NCBI GenBank assembly: GCA_000002445.1
Contig: CM000207.1
Location: forward strand, 1,280,001-1,344,000
Origin: Trypanosoma brucei
Taxonomy: Eukaryota
DNA length: 64,000 nt
Reading direction: 5' to 3'
Below are positions 21,344-31,401 of this stretch, in pieces. Made by a program: the position numbers and the translations under genes. The notes beneath the pieces were generated by a model. That model was not told where the DNA came from. It was given only the letters and a program-made list of their open reading frames with translations, and searched no databases. The first letter of the stretch is position 1. Every line of letters begins with the position of its first letter.

Positions 21344-22639
21344 TCAAACGGAATTCCTGCGCCTTGACTTCTTCGCATTCCCACCACCCTCACCCGCGGG
21401 CACAATGCCTTCCCCTCTTTCTGCGACTAAGAATTGAAGCGCACAGCACGCACGGGTACATTGCTTCGGAAGCAATGCAGGAGGGTTCTCTTCACCGAAA
21501 TTACGCGACAAAGAGTGAAACACACCATGAGGTATACATTGCCGCACATGTTGGGAACCATTTGCTTCCTCAGCCGCCTCCATGTAACTCACCTGTTGAG
21601 TGTCGCCGCATCCCAGTAAACCACTGTCACCCACTACATTTCCGCAACTGGAACCTGTATCTGCCACAACACCAGTCGATCCACTGTTCTGAAGGGGACC
21701 GGAGCGTGGGTACTTCTCATTTGTGCCTTGGTGCGGCATCAGGGCAGTATCTACAGACGCACGGAGTGAAAGGGAACGCACATCCGCAGCGAGGCGCCTC
21801 TCGATTTGAATTGCATACGCGGCACCATAAGATCCGAAGCCAGCAGTGAAGACAGGGCGTGCCGGCTCAACATTTTCCACATTCACATACGTGGCCCTGC
21901 CCTCGGCGGAGGGTGACGTGTGCAGTGGGAGTGCCACATTCAACTCTGTTGTCTTTGTTGGGTTTGTAGATTCCTCCACCGAAGGTAGACCATCGCGAGC
22001 AACAGAGGGGAACTTGAGGCGAATACCAGTGTGCAGTCGTTTCGGCCTTCCCGATACATCGCACCACGAACCGTTCCACAACCACGAGGGAATTACCTTT
22101 GGAACAACAACAGGCCCACTGTAGTCCGCAATAAATGCAACCTCGTCTTGTACGTTCCACGCAAATCTTTGATACTCCATGTGACTGCAATTCACACTCC
22201 AGTGCTGCAGCTTTCTAAGTCCCATCACCACCAACCCCGTTGTGTGTCTACCATCAAGACAATGAATGTACAAGGGATGCTGTTCCGCATCCGCAAGCAT
22301 CTGTAAAACCTCGCTCATATCTGTGGGCATCAGTTGTGCCTCACCCTTATTCTGTTCTACTTGTATATGACGAATGGTGATGCCTTCAGCGGCGGCAAAC
22401 CTGGAGAGATCATAAGTAGGCTCCTCCGGAGTTAACGACACAATAGTGCGGAGCCCAAGACTGCGGAGAAACGGAAAATTCCGCAATGTGGGGTATGCAC
22501 CCCTGTAAACTCCTTCCTCCACGATGGCAAAGCGCAGTGGCGGTACAACATTCAGCAAAGCCGGGTCGAGTGTGCGAGAGACCATAATCTCACGCGATGA
22601 TTGTGACTCCTGTAATGGGGGCGAGTGAAGACTTTTCAT
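21344..22639 (-). CDS. PFA-DSP/Siw14-type (Tyr_phosphatase_2) phosphatase-like protein with non-canonical P-loop; long C-terminal extension
   Basis: 'FAIVEEGVYRGAYPTLRNFPFLRSLGLRTIVSLTPE' and 'HCLDGRHTTGLVVMGLRKLQHW...EYQRFA' align to plant/fungal PFA-DSP '[22 protein letters not shown]...EYQRFA'. The ORF upstream of Met-51 (22789..22640) is Phe/Leu-rich polypyrimidine, so the start is placed at 22639. Confidence 0.75.
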   Translation of the reverse strand: MKSLHSPPLQESQSSREIMVSRTLDPALLNVVPPLRFAIVEEGVYRGAYPTLRNFPFLRSLGLRTIVSLTPEEPTYDLSRFAAAEGITIRHIQVEQNKGEAQLMPTDMSEVLQMLADAEQHPLYIHCLDGRHTTGLVVMGLRKLQHWSVNCSHMEYQRFAWNVQDEVAFIADYSGPVVVPKVIPSWLWNGSWCDVSGRPKRLHTGIRLKFPSVARDGLPSVEESTNPTKTTELNVALPLHTSPSAEGRATYVNVENVEPARPVFTAGFGSYGAAYAIQIERRLAADVRSLSLRASVDTALMPHQGTNEKYPRSGPLQNSGSTGVVADTGSSCGNVVGDSGLLGCGDTQQVSYMEAAEEANGSQHVRQCIPHGVFHSLSRNFGEENPPALLPKQCTRACCALQFLVAERGEGIVPAGEGGGNAKKSRRRNSV

Positions 22640-23344
22640 TATAATTCCCGCAGACCCGCGAGCAAAACAGTACCGCGAGCACAAGCCCGAAGGGACAACA
22701 CGCAGCGTCCCTTTCGTCAATTTCAAAAAGCAAAAAAAAAGGAGGAGGGAAATAGAGAAAGAGAAGAAAAGGGAGGCAAACTGATACATGAAGGATTAAA
22801 AGGGGGAAAGCAGCAGTAAGGAATTCGGAACATATGTCCGTATCATCCGGTCGAGGAACTCGCCATCACCACCAACTCCCTCCATTTCACACCCTTCGCA
22901 GGTCCGTTAAGCCTTTAAATAATGTGCCAGAACCTACGCTGTCACATCTTTCCCTACGCGTGCATCACAGTTTGTGCCCGATTAACACGCCGCCCTCCAC
23001 TTTCCGCCCCCCCCCTCCTCTCCGACATGTTCGTCTCAGCCCCCTTTACTGGGTCCTCACACCACCTTCACCGACTCCATCCGTCAACATTTATTCTGTG
23101 AAAAAATAATAATAATAATAATACGGGCGACACCCGCCAAGGACACGAAGCATACAAGTGAAAACAAGAACTAAACAAGATGAAGAGTCGCAATGGGTGT
23201 TAAGGTTACAGCAGATTGAATACGTTACTCGTGCTGTTATAAGTGTATATATCTTTCTGCAGAGTTTGGGCTCATTCCCACCTGACGAGAACACCCGACG
23301 AAAAGTTGTTAATTACGAAAACCTTAGCAACCCCCTCCAAGTGG

Positions 23345-24334
23345 TTACAATGCTGCTGTAAGTTTGTCAAGGCCGAGCATTCGGGTTGGAAGGGCCCAAA
23401 AGACGTACGCGACTAAAGCACCACCAGTTGCCGCTCCATGTTCCTCTGGCTTCGTGGTGAAAATGCGCCACACGTCAATAACCATCACAAAAGCAGTGAG
23501 AACTAGGAAAGGAACGGGCGGCTGTTGAATAAAGTTAAGGTGTCTGAAAATGATGCCCTCAACACCCACAAGACCGAGAATAAACGGATTGGGGCCATAA
23601 CATCGACCACGTACCTCCAGAGGATCCATTCCATAATACAACTCAAAGTTTTGGCGTGCAACATGAATAAGACCACCACCAAGTGTACAAAGGGACGCAA
23701 AGAAAGTCATTCGAGCATTGCCGAGAAACCCTAGCATCGTTTTTCCAAACTCCCAGAGAAGCCAGCAGTCAATCAAAAGCTGCAGAAGATTCTCTTGGTA
23801 GAGGGCATTGGTGAAAAAAGGATATATTCTCCCCGCATTTTCATGTGACAGCGTGAAATGTTCGACTATAAAGTCTCGCAGATCATCACTCCCAGAAAAG
23901 TTCATCAGGAAGTACGTGATGACGTTGGCGAGGAAAAGCAGCATCACAACATTGATCGTGTGGAATGGAGGAGGGAATGGTAAGTAACCGGCGCCGGCGT
24001 TACCACCAAACGGATCCTCTTGCTTCTGCTCTTCATCGCCACCTTTATCCCCTTCGTTCCGCTGCTGAACCTGATGGGTCCCAACGAGTTGACCGGAAGG
24101 TTTTTTCGGATCTCGCAGTACAGCACTGCTACAAAAAGTTCGACACGAATCCTTGTAAGCACCCGCGCCCATACGTACGTTTTGATTCCCTTGCATGCGG
24201 TACATCATCAAAAATGTGGACCTCGCCGGTCCCACGAGTGAAACGCCGTTGTCGCGGAGGAATCGGGCTGGAGCACCTGTCACTCGAGGGCCCCTCAATG
24301 TTTTAATTAAATGCATCGGCGAGTACCGTAACAT
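23345..24334 (-). CDS. rhomboid-fold membrane protein, probably catalytically inactive
   Basis: TM2-like 'LLIDCWLLWEFGKTMLGFLGN', TM4 'YGPNPFILGLVG' aligning to rhomboid 'GGLSGVVYALMG', and TM6 'EHGAATGGALVAY' aligning to 'AHIAGLAVG'. The ORF upstream of Met-110 is polypyrimidine-encoded, so the start is placed at 24334. Confidence 0.5.
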   Translation of the reverse strand: MLRYSPMHLIKTLRGPRVTGAPARFLRDNGVSLVGPARSTFLMMYRMQGNQNVRMGAGAYKDSCRTFCSSAVLRDPKKPSGQLVGTHQVQQRNEGDKGGDEEQKQEDPFGGNAGAGYLPFPPPFHTINVVMLLFLANVITYFLMNFSGSDDLRDFIVEHFTLSHENAGRIYPFFTNALYQENLLQLLIDCWLLWEFGKTMLGFLGNARMTFFASLCTLGGGLIHVARQNFELYYGMDPLEVRGRCYGPNPFILGLVGVEGIIFRHLNFIQQPPVPFLVLTAFVMVIDVWRIFTTKPEEHGAATGGALVAYVFWALPTRMLGLDKLTAAL

Positions 24335-24900
24335 CACACCGCCTTCGTCCTCTGAGTGTGCCGGATCGAAGGAGACTCCACAAAGAGAGGGCCGTGTGTG
24401 GTTTGTTGTTTTTTTTTCTTGTTTTGTTTTCCTGAGGAGGGGCTCACGAAACGAAAAAGAAAAAAAACAGGGAAGGGAAGGGAAGGGAAGAAGGATGGGA
24501 AAAAAAAAATAGGGGATGTTAGTGTACCAATACAACAATAAAAGGGCGCAACGAAACAAAAAAAATGCCCCTGAGCACGTGCTAAGGAACTCGCTGCGAC
24601 GTGCTGAGAGATCAACAAACAAAGCACCACTCAGGGTGTCTGTGGCGCCAAACAAACGCAAATGCCAAACACATTAGTAGTCAAGTCGTGAAATGATTCG
24701 CCACTTTTCAATTTATTCTCTGGCCTTCGCATGTCGCGGCACTACCCGTACCAGAATATTCTCAACTTCACGTTGGTCATCTTCCTCCCCAAAACCGTAC
24801 ACGCAAACACACATACATTCAATCACAGTTAAGTGGTGCAACAGGATCAGACACCTCATTACACGTATCCAAAACAACCATGAAGGTCCACAAGGTTCAC

Positions 24901-25557
24901 TCAACACTTCTCTCCCTCCTTATTATCTGTTCTCTCGTCCTTTTGCGCATGTTTCTGCTGCTCTGCATTCTTCATTGCGCTACGTTTCAACTCCAAAAGT
25001 CGCAACTCTAATGCATCTCTGTGAAGGACATCACGCAACCGCATTCGCCGCAGTTTCATGAAATTCATTTTGCTTCGGATCACTGGACTCGGCACCGCCT
25101 TAACGCGCCCGAACGATGGGGGAAGTTGCGAGGCCAAATCTGTAAAACTGATATGTTCTGGTACCCCTATGAGTGCCTTCGCCTCGTCAAGGTCGAGTAC
25201 ATCAACCTTCACTATATGCCGCACTCGCCATATTCGCTTTCGCACTTGCGGAATGTCCGGCACGATGGTTGTTTGTCCCTTGAACTCAAGTCGCAGCTCC
25301 CGCAGCATTCGATTAACTTCCCATGAATGTTTGAATGGATGATCATCGCAATGCACAATGAAAATGTTCCCTACACGGCGATACGGCCCCGGTGCAATTG
25401 CTGCAGCATCATGTAAGTTCATTTCCTCATTAGATGCTGCTGATGTAACACCACTTCCGGAAGGAGTCGAAGCATATGTCAACATTTTCAGCCCCATGGC
25501 GTGGTGTAAATGTTGTTGTTGAGCACTAAAAGTGGGCACCCACATGCGCCGCATCAT
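24901..25557 (-). CDS. mitochondrial ribosomal protein uL30-like (218 aa)
   Basis: 'KHSWEVNRMLRELRLEFKGQTTIVPDIPQVRKRIWRVRHIVKV' follows the L30/L7 ferredoxin-like domain pattern (K..T..L.L.k....v....p...g.i..V.HLV.V). Basic C-terminus. Confidence 0.4.
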   Translation of the reverse strand: MMRRMWVPTFSAQQQHLHHAMGLKMLTYASTPSGSGVTSAASNEEMNLHDAAAIAPGPYRRVGNIFIVHCDDHPFKHSWEVNRMLRELRLEFKGQTTIVPDIPQVRKRIWRVRHIVKVDVLDLDEAKALIGVPEHISFTDLASQLPPSFGRVKAVPSPVIRSKMNFMKLRRMRLRDVLHRDALELRLLELKRSAMKNAEQQKHAQKDERTDNKEGEKC

Positions 25558-27685
25558 TTAACGCTACTGACTTGCACCACAATCTTCATGGAGGGCGCAC
25601 GGGCAAGGAATATATATACATAAAGGAGGATAAAAAGGGAATCAGAAAAGAGAATGAATGAAAGATTTCTGCTTTACAAAGATATATATATATATATATA
25701 TACATATATACATATACAAACATTTGTTCGAATGGATAAACGAAAGAGAGGGGGAAACGAAAGTAACCGAAAAACAAAAAAGAGGGAAGAATAGCAACGA
25801 TAACTATCTTCCCGAGAGCGCGTACAAAAAAAAAAGGTAACTCTTGGCCCACAGCAATAAAGGAGTGAAATGGAAAGTATCCCAAACTTGAAAAGGGGGA
25901 GAAGTGGAGGTTAAGCAGCTCAAAAAGAAAAAAAAACATGAAGTACACACATGTGCCCACTTTTCATGTTTTCCCCATCTCAGCCAACCGCCAGATAGAG
26001 GTTCCAACTCTCACTTTTGTTCTCCCTTTTTCTTTTTTAAAAAACTTTTGTCTCTTGAACTGTTTTTTGTCCTTATTTTTTTTTCTTTTGTCTTGTCGTT
26101 ACATCTCACTAACGCATCTGACCTTTCGCCCTCCTGACGCCTTCACAACTCCATACTTTATTTCCAATATGTTTGATTTAACGCCATGGCAAACATCTGC
26201 TGTCAAAAGAAATACAGATGTGCGGTGGTATAAAGAGATAAGGAAATACGTCGATCAGACGACAGAAAAACGAAAAATAGAAAAAGCTTCCTGCGGCTTT
26301 GTGGTACCCCACAATCAAATATAAACATATAACTGTATCTCGGTTAGTAAGATTCCCGCATGGAGTTCACCGAATTATCAAAAGGGTAAAAAAAAAAACA
26401 TGCTGCTCCACCATGCATAGTAGTACGCCTGATTCTGCCTTTTCCTTGTTGTTGTTGTTGCCGCTTTTGTTTCATTACTTTTGATTTGGCATCGCTGCCT
26501 TCCCACCGATGTATAACATATATATATATATATATATATTCGTTGTTTTGTTCAATATTTGACGGCGTTATCAACCTAGAAAAAAAAATTCCTTCCACTT
26601 CCCTCCTTGTATTATAATGACACCATGTGAGGCGGCATGAAAATAAGAGGTATTGTTTCATCAAAATTAACACATCAAAAAAGGAAGGGGTATCATTCAG
26701 AGGAAATATAGAGAACAGAACTGCAACTAAACTAAAATTAATTGCGAAGGCAAAAATATATAACCAAACAAATACATATATCATCTGACTCATTTGTTTT
26801 CTCCCCTTTCCCCCCTCTTCCATCTCCTTTTCCACTGCGTTCACGAAGAGAACGCGATATGGAATTTTTTTTTTAAAAATGGTTGAAACCAAAACATAAA
26901 GCCAGGTAAAGTGACTTACGTCCCTCACAAATGGTTTTTCTCCCCCTTTTTTTTTCATTTCAAGTAAAACAACAAATTCAGTTCCGTTGTGGAACAGAAA
27001 GGTATAATAAACAAACAGGGGATGTAAAGCACACATCATAATAATCATAATAATTTTTTTAAAAAAAAGTGGTAGGACATATATGCTGACAATGAAGAAT
27101 GGTAACGAGAACGTTACCATTGCTAAATCTGCGAATGTTATGGGCAACAACCGGAAGGATAAACAAAAAAAAAAAGCAGTAATAGAAACCGGACAAAAAC
27201 TAAAGCAAATGAAAAAAAAGGTATATGGGATGCCAAACATGGATAAATTACACACGTTTCAGGTGCTTGAGAGCGAACAAAAAGAAAAACAGAGAAACCA
27301 AAAACTACAATAACAAACAATGTAGAATCACACGGATGCAGCCGACAACAACAATAATAATAATAAACTAAATTCAGAAACCACAGTCGGTGGCCGTATC
27401 TTTTGTTCTTCTCAGAACAGAAATTAATCCCGTGAGGTTTCCGTCGCAGCCGCCGCGGGAAAAGTGCGCCAAATCCTCTTCCTTCGCACGGTGACACGAA
27501 CGAATCCACCTCTAGTGCTGAATGGGGTTCCACTTGAGTAATACATTCCTTACATTCACTTCCAAAAAGGTGTGGAGTCACGCCTCTGCGCTCCCTGTTG
27601 CCATTTCTTTTTTCGTTCTTTTTTTTCCCCCCCTCCTCCCCAACACGCAAACCCAACTGGCCCACTTTACACCAACGACAAAAAA

Positions 27686-29362
27686 TCATCTCTTCCGAGC
27701 CCCGTTCGCTGAATTTGTCCTTGAAAGATCGTTCGATTCGTGGTCCCCTTCTCCATTGAGCAACATAAACAATTGCCTTACCGCGCTATTGGAGCGACTA
27801 CCACACAACGAAAGAAAATCTCCGGATACGCTTGTGGACATGCGCAGTACATCCAATCCATGCGTTTTGATGTCGTTTTCCTCAATATTTTTCTTGCGCC
27901 CACTTGATGTAGTGGAATTGCCGCAGTGTTGTAACATTTGACTAGTTTCATCGAACGCACTTGAGTGCAACGCCGTGCACGGGGGCATTCGAGGGTTAGC
28001 TGATGACACATCTTTCCTTTTCTCTTTCGCACTCGGTAATCTTTTTACATTTAAGGAGGGCGTTTGAGCCACGGGCGCTAGAAATGCTGCGTCCTCCTCC
28101 AACTGAGAGGAACCACTTTTTGTTTTTTTGCTACGCTGAAGGGAAGTGCGGCGTTTGTTAACGCTCGTCTGCACCTCCTCGACACTTCGGTCGTCAACGG
28201 ATGGTTGATCAGCGGGCGCATACTTCACCTTCTTTGAGGTTCGCGTACTGTTGGCGGTGGTGGTTCGCAATGCATTGGGCAGCTCCACTGCAGGAGTGGT
28301 GTTGGATGGTGCCACGGTGGTTTGAGGTCCGGGAGCCTCTTTTGATGCTTGACTTCCTACGCCCGTGAGATTAGGAAGGCATTGCCGAACCACTTCAGGG
28401 GATCCGCATCCACTTTCACTCCCAAAGCGGTAGCTATCAAAACCCCACCAAATACGTGTGGAATCTTTCTTCGGTGGTGTTTTGTCTGTTTTTTTGTCCT
28501 TCGTTGGGCTCTTTTTCACTACCGAATCACTCCTTGAGTATCCACTCACCGACAGGTCGTTCCGCTCTGTCACCACCGGGGCGTTCTTTCCCACAAACGC
28601 GGTGGGTTGATCGGGATTGCGGTGGATATTCGGCAACTCTGCCGCTACGTGTGCACAAGTGCCCAAATACCCCACACGCATGATATCAAGATTTCCACGG
28701 CTCTCCTCGTCTTCACTGCAATGACGCGTCGGATCCCGCATGCGAGAAATGTGCAGAGGTGACCCCGGTGTCTCATCGCGGGCATTATTTTCCCATAGGG
28801 TTGATGTCAATGTTGCGCCTGAATAGGGGGCATATGCTGCCGCTAATGAACTCGAGTCAACAGCTGCGTGACCCGTACGGACGCGCATATCTGTGCGACG
28901 AGATCCAACATCCCTACCGCCAGGAGTCGACTCCACTGAGAAGGGCGGCGTAACCCTTGTTTCCATGACATTCGGTCGTGGTGTGCGTGACAAATTCTGC
29001 TGCAAATGGTGTTGTATGACATTGGCTAGGGGTCTTGAAGCCAACAACGCTGGGGATGGTTGACTGTTCGTTCCCTTGTTGCTCGATGTGCGGGCTGTTC
29101 CACACTTCTGACTGCGTGGTCGCTGTTGCTCAAAAGGAGACATGTCGTATATGTGTCTCTGTTGCCTGATGTGCTGCGGTATTCTTCCACTACAACGCGC
29201 ACGGATTATGCAGCGGCTGATGCAACGTCTCAAAAACAAACAAAAAACAAATGTAACTCGAAAGAATGAATGTTCACGTTGACTTCTGCGTTTGAAGTGT
29301 TGAATGGGAAGCTTGGTGCGCTTCAGAACTCCCCGCCGCCCTCTGGAAACCCACGGCTTCAA
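27686..29362 (-). CDS. hypothetical Ser/Thr-rich protein (558 aa; alternative start at 29143, 'MSPFEQQ')
   Basis: Long ORF on the coding strand, low-complexity S/T/P-rich, basic C-terminal 'KRRTSLQRSKKTKS'. No named domain. Confidence 0.5.
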   Translation of the reverse strand: MKPWVSRGRRGVLKRTKLPIQHFKRRSQREHSFFRVTFVFCLFLRRCISRCIIRARCSGRIPQHIRQQRHIYDMSPFEQQRPRSQKCGTARTSSNKGTNSQPSPALLASRPLANVIQHHLQQNLSRTPRPNVMETRVTPPFSVESTPGGRDVGSRRTDMRVRTGHAAVDSSSLAAAYAPYSGATLTSTLWENNARDETPGSPLHISRMRDPTRHCSEDEESRGNLDIMRVGYLGTCAHVAAELPNIHRNPDQPTAFVGKNAPVVTERNDLSVSGYSRSDSVVKKSPTKDKKTDKTPPKKDSTRIWWGFDSYRFGSESGCGSPEVVRQCLPNLTGVGSQASKEAPGPQTTVAPSNTTPAVELPNALRTTTANSTRTSKKVKYAPADQPSVDDRSVEEVQTSVNKRRTSLQRSKKTKSGSSQLEEDAAFLAPVAQTPSLNVKRLPSAKEKRKDVSSANPRMPPCTALHSSAFDETSQMLQHCGNSTTSSGRKKNIEENDIKTHGLDVLRMSTSVSGDFLSLCGSRSNSAVRQLFMLLNGEGDHESNDLSRTNSANGARKR

Positions 29363-31401
29363 TGATTAGTGCCTTCTGGTTGCCGAGATTTACACCTTTG
29401 GATAGGCAAAAGCGAAAATGGAAAAGAAGATTGCTGTTACCAAACCAGTCAATAGTTATGACAGATAACACATAAAGCGTTGAGACGACTGTTCAGCATC
29501 ACCCAACAGCAAATATTGAATAGATTTAGGAGAGCGCAGAGACAGACACAACAACTATAACCAAAAAAGAAAAAGTGACAGAGGAGGGGGAAAGGAAGGG
29601 AAGAGGTGAGGGGAAGGGAGGGGAGAAGAGGCAAAGTCATCTGCTTTACTTATAGTCGACTCTCACATTTCCATCTTCGCTTCCTTTTTTTTCTCCAACT
29701 CCCCTTCCCTCCCTCCCCCGCCCACAAATATATCTATATATATACCAACGAAACAACAACAACAACAACAAACAAATAATGTCGAAATTCCAAGCACACT
29801 TGTGCTTTTCAGCACAATCAAACTGCAGCGGCCTCTGATTTCCTTCCTCATTCTCTTACCTTCCTTCATACCGCAAGTATAAACATACATAAATAACGGA
29901 ATAAACACGGTGACGGTAGAGATAATATTTCACTTTCAGGGGCTCTGGTAACAAACAAACAAAAAGAAAGAGAGAGAGAATGGGGATTCAGAACACGAGG
30001 GTATGAATAAAATAGCGACAATGACGGCGACGACATAACAGGCTCGTGCAGACAAAAGTAAACTGATCATAGTTTAAAAACAAAAAGAAAAATGCGCCAC
30101 ACTAACGAGCTCGAAGTGGGCCAAGGGGAAAATGTGAAGTAGTTTCATCTAAATCATGAAGAAAAAAAAAACATTCGCGTATTTACACGTGAGTGTAAAC
30201 ATATTCATACAGTCCTGCACGTGCATGCACTATATATGAGTATAAAAGGTGTACATTGGTTGCGGTATGTGAGCTGCATATAATTCATCAACTTTTCCCT
30301 TCTCTTCACAGTTACACTCGATGCGAATTTCATCCCTTCTTTCCACCTCACTTCCGTTGTTCGTTCCCCCACTTTCTTTATTTTCTCCTCCTCCTTTTCA
30401 TCTTTCCTTTTTTTTCCTTTTTGTTCTGCTTTGAGTCCGTTTTCCTCCCTCTTCCTTTCCATACTTCTTTTTGATTCTTCCCTTCAGTGGACCATGTGGA
30501 TACGGCAGAAAATGGAACAGGTAATGGAAAAAAAAAGGCAAAGACAAAGGCAGAAGCAAGGGAATACAAATAACAACGCTGCCACCAACAGGGCAGCGTG
30601 AACGAGTTCAGTAATGCAGTAAACAGACAAAAGGAGTAACAACGATGGAAACAAAAATGTTCGAGATTGCCCACTACCACACAATGACAATAATAATCTA
30701 ACAATGGAATGCGTGAGTTTGGATACACACCTTCCATTGGGTTACACGAGAGTTACATTTTAAGGGCTAAACATTTGGCATTTCCTCTCTTCCCACCGGG
30801 TCTGCACCACTTATGCCTCTGTGTGACGGTAAAATATTACCCACTCCTCCCCTACATCTCCGCTGTCGTGGTCACCACTCCTGACGGTGCAGAGTTCTGC
30901 AACATCTTTATCTTCGTTTTATCTGCTCCTTTCTCGATACTTTTCCTTTTCCTGATCTTTTTTCGTTTTAATTCACTCTCTCCTTTTCCTTCTCTTGTAG
31001 CTTTGAGGGGGTGTTTCATTTGTAATTTCTTTTCTTTTTCTACAAGCACGCGTAAAAAGTCCCCTAAGCGCATCACATTTAAAACTTCTTCACCCTAACA
31101 CCCTCCTTTTCTCTTGACTACTCTTAAGGAAAACACTTCCCTGATCACCTGAAGAAGCAAAAAAAAAAACCTAACTCTAAAACGGATGTGAAGACCGTAC
31201 ATGAACAGCTGCGCAGCTGCACTTACTGGATGTTTCACACATCACAAATATGATATTTTTTCTTACTCACAGCAAACATGAATATATATATATATATATT
31301 AAAACGCCAGAACATCCTTCTGTTCATTCCGTCCTTTGTTTTCCCCCATCCAATGACTCCACATCATCTCACCGCGTCCACACTTGACTCATTAACGCAC
31401 A

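Noticed and set aside
22640-22789. N-terminal 50 codons of the ORF-track phosphatase ORF (start at 22789)
   Set aside because: They encode 'FASLFFSFSISLLLFFCFL', a pyrimidine tract read in frame. The downstream Met (22639) is the more plausible start.
24335-24661. N-terminal 109 codons of the ORF-track rhomboid-like ORF (start at 24661)
   Set aside because: They contain 'YFFFPILLPFPSLPCFFSFSF', polypyrimidine-tract coding, so the start was moved to the Met at 24334.
26344-27255. 303-aa minus-strand ORF in the 2.1-kb intergenic gap
   Set aside because: Extremely Phe/Ile/Leu-rich translation of an AT- and pyrimidine-rich tract (FFFICFSF..., IYIYIYV across a (TA)n). It has no domain and its composition is typical of UTR read-through, not a gene.
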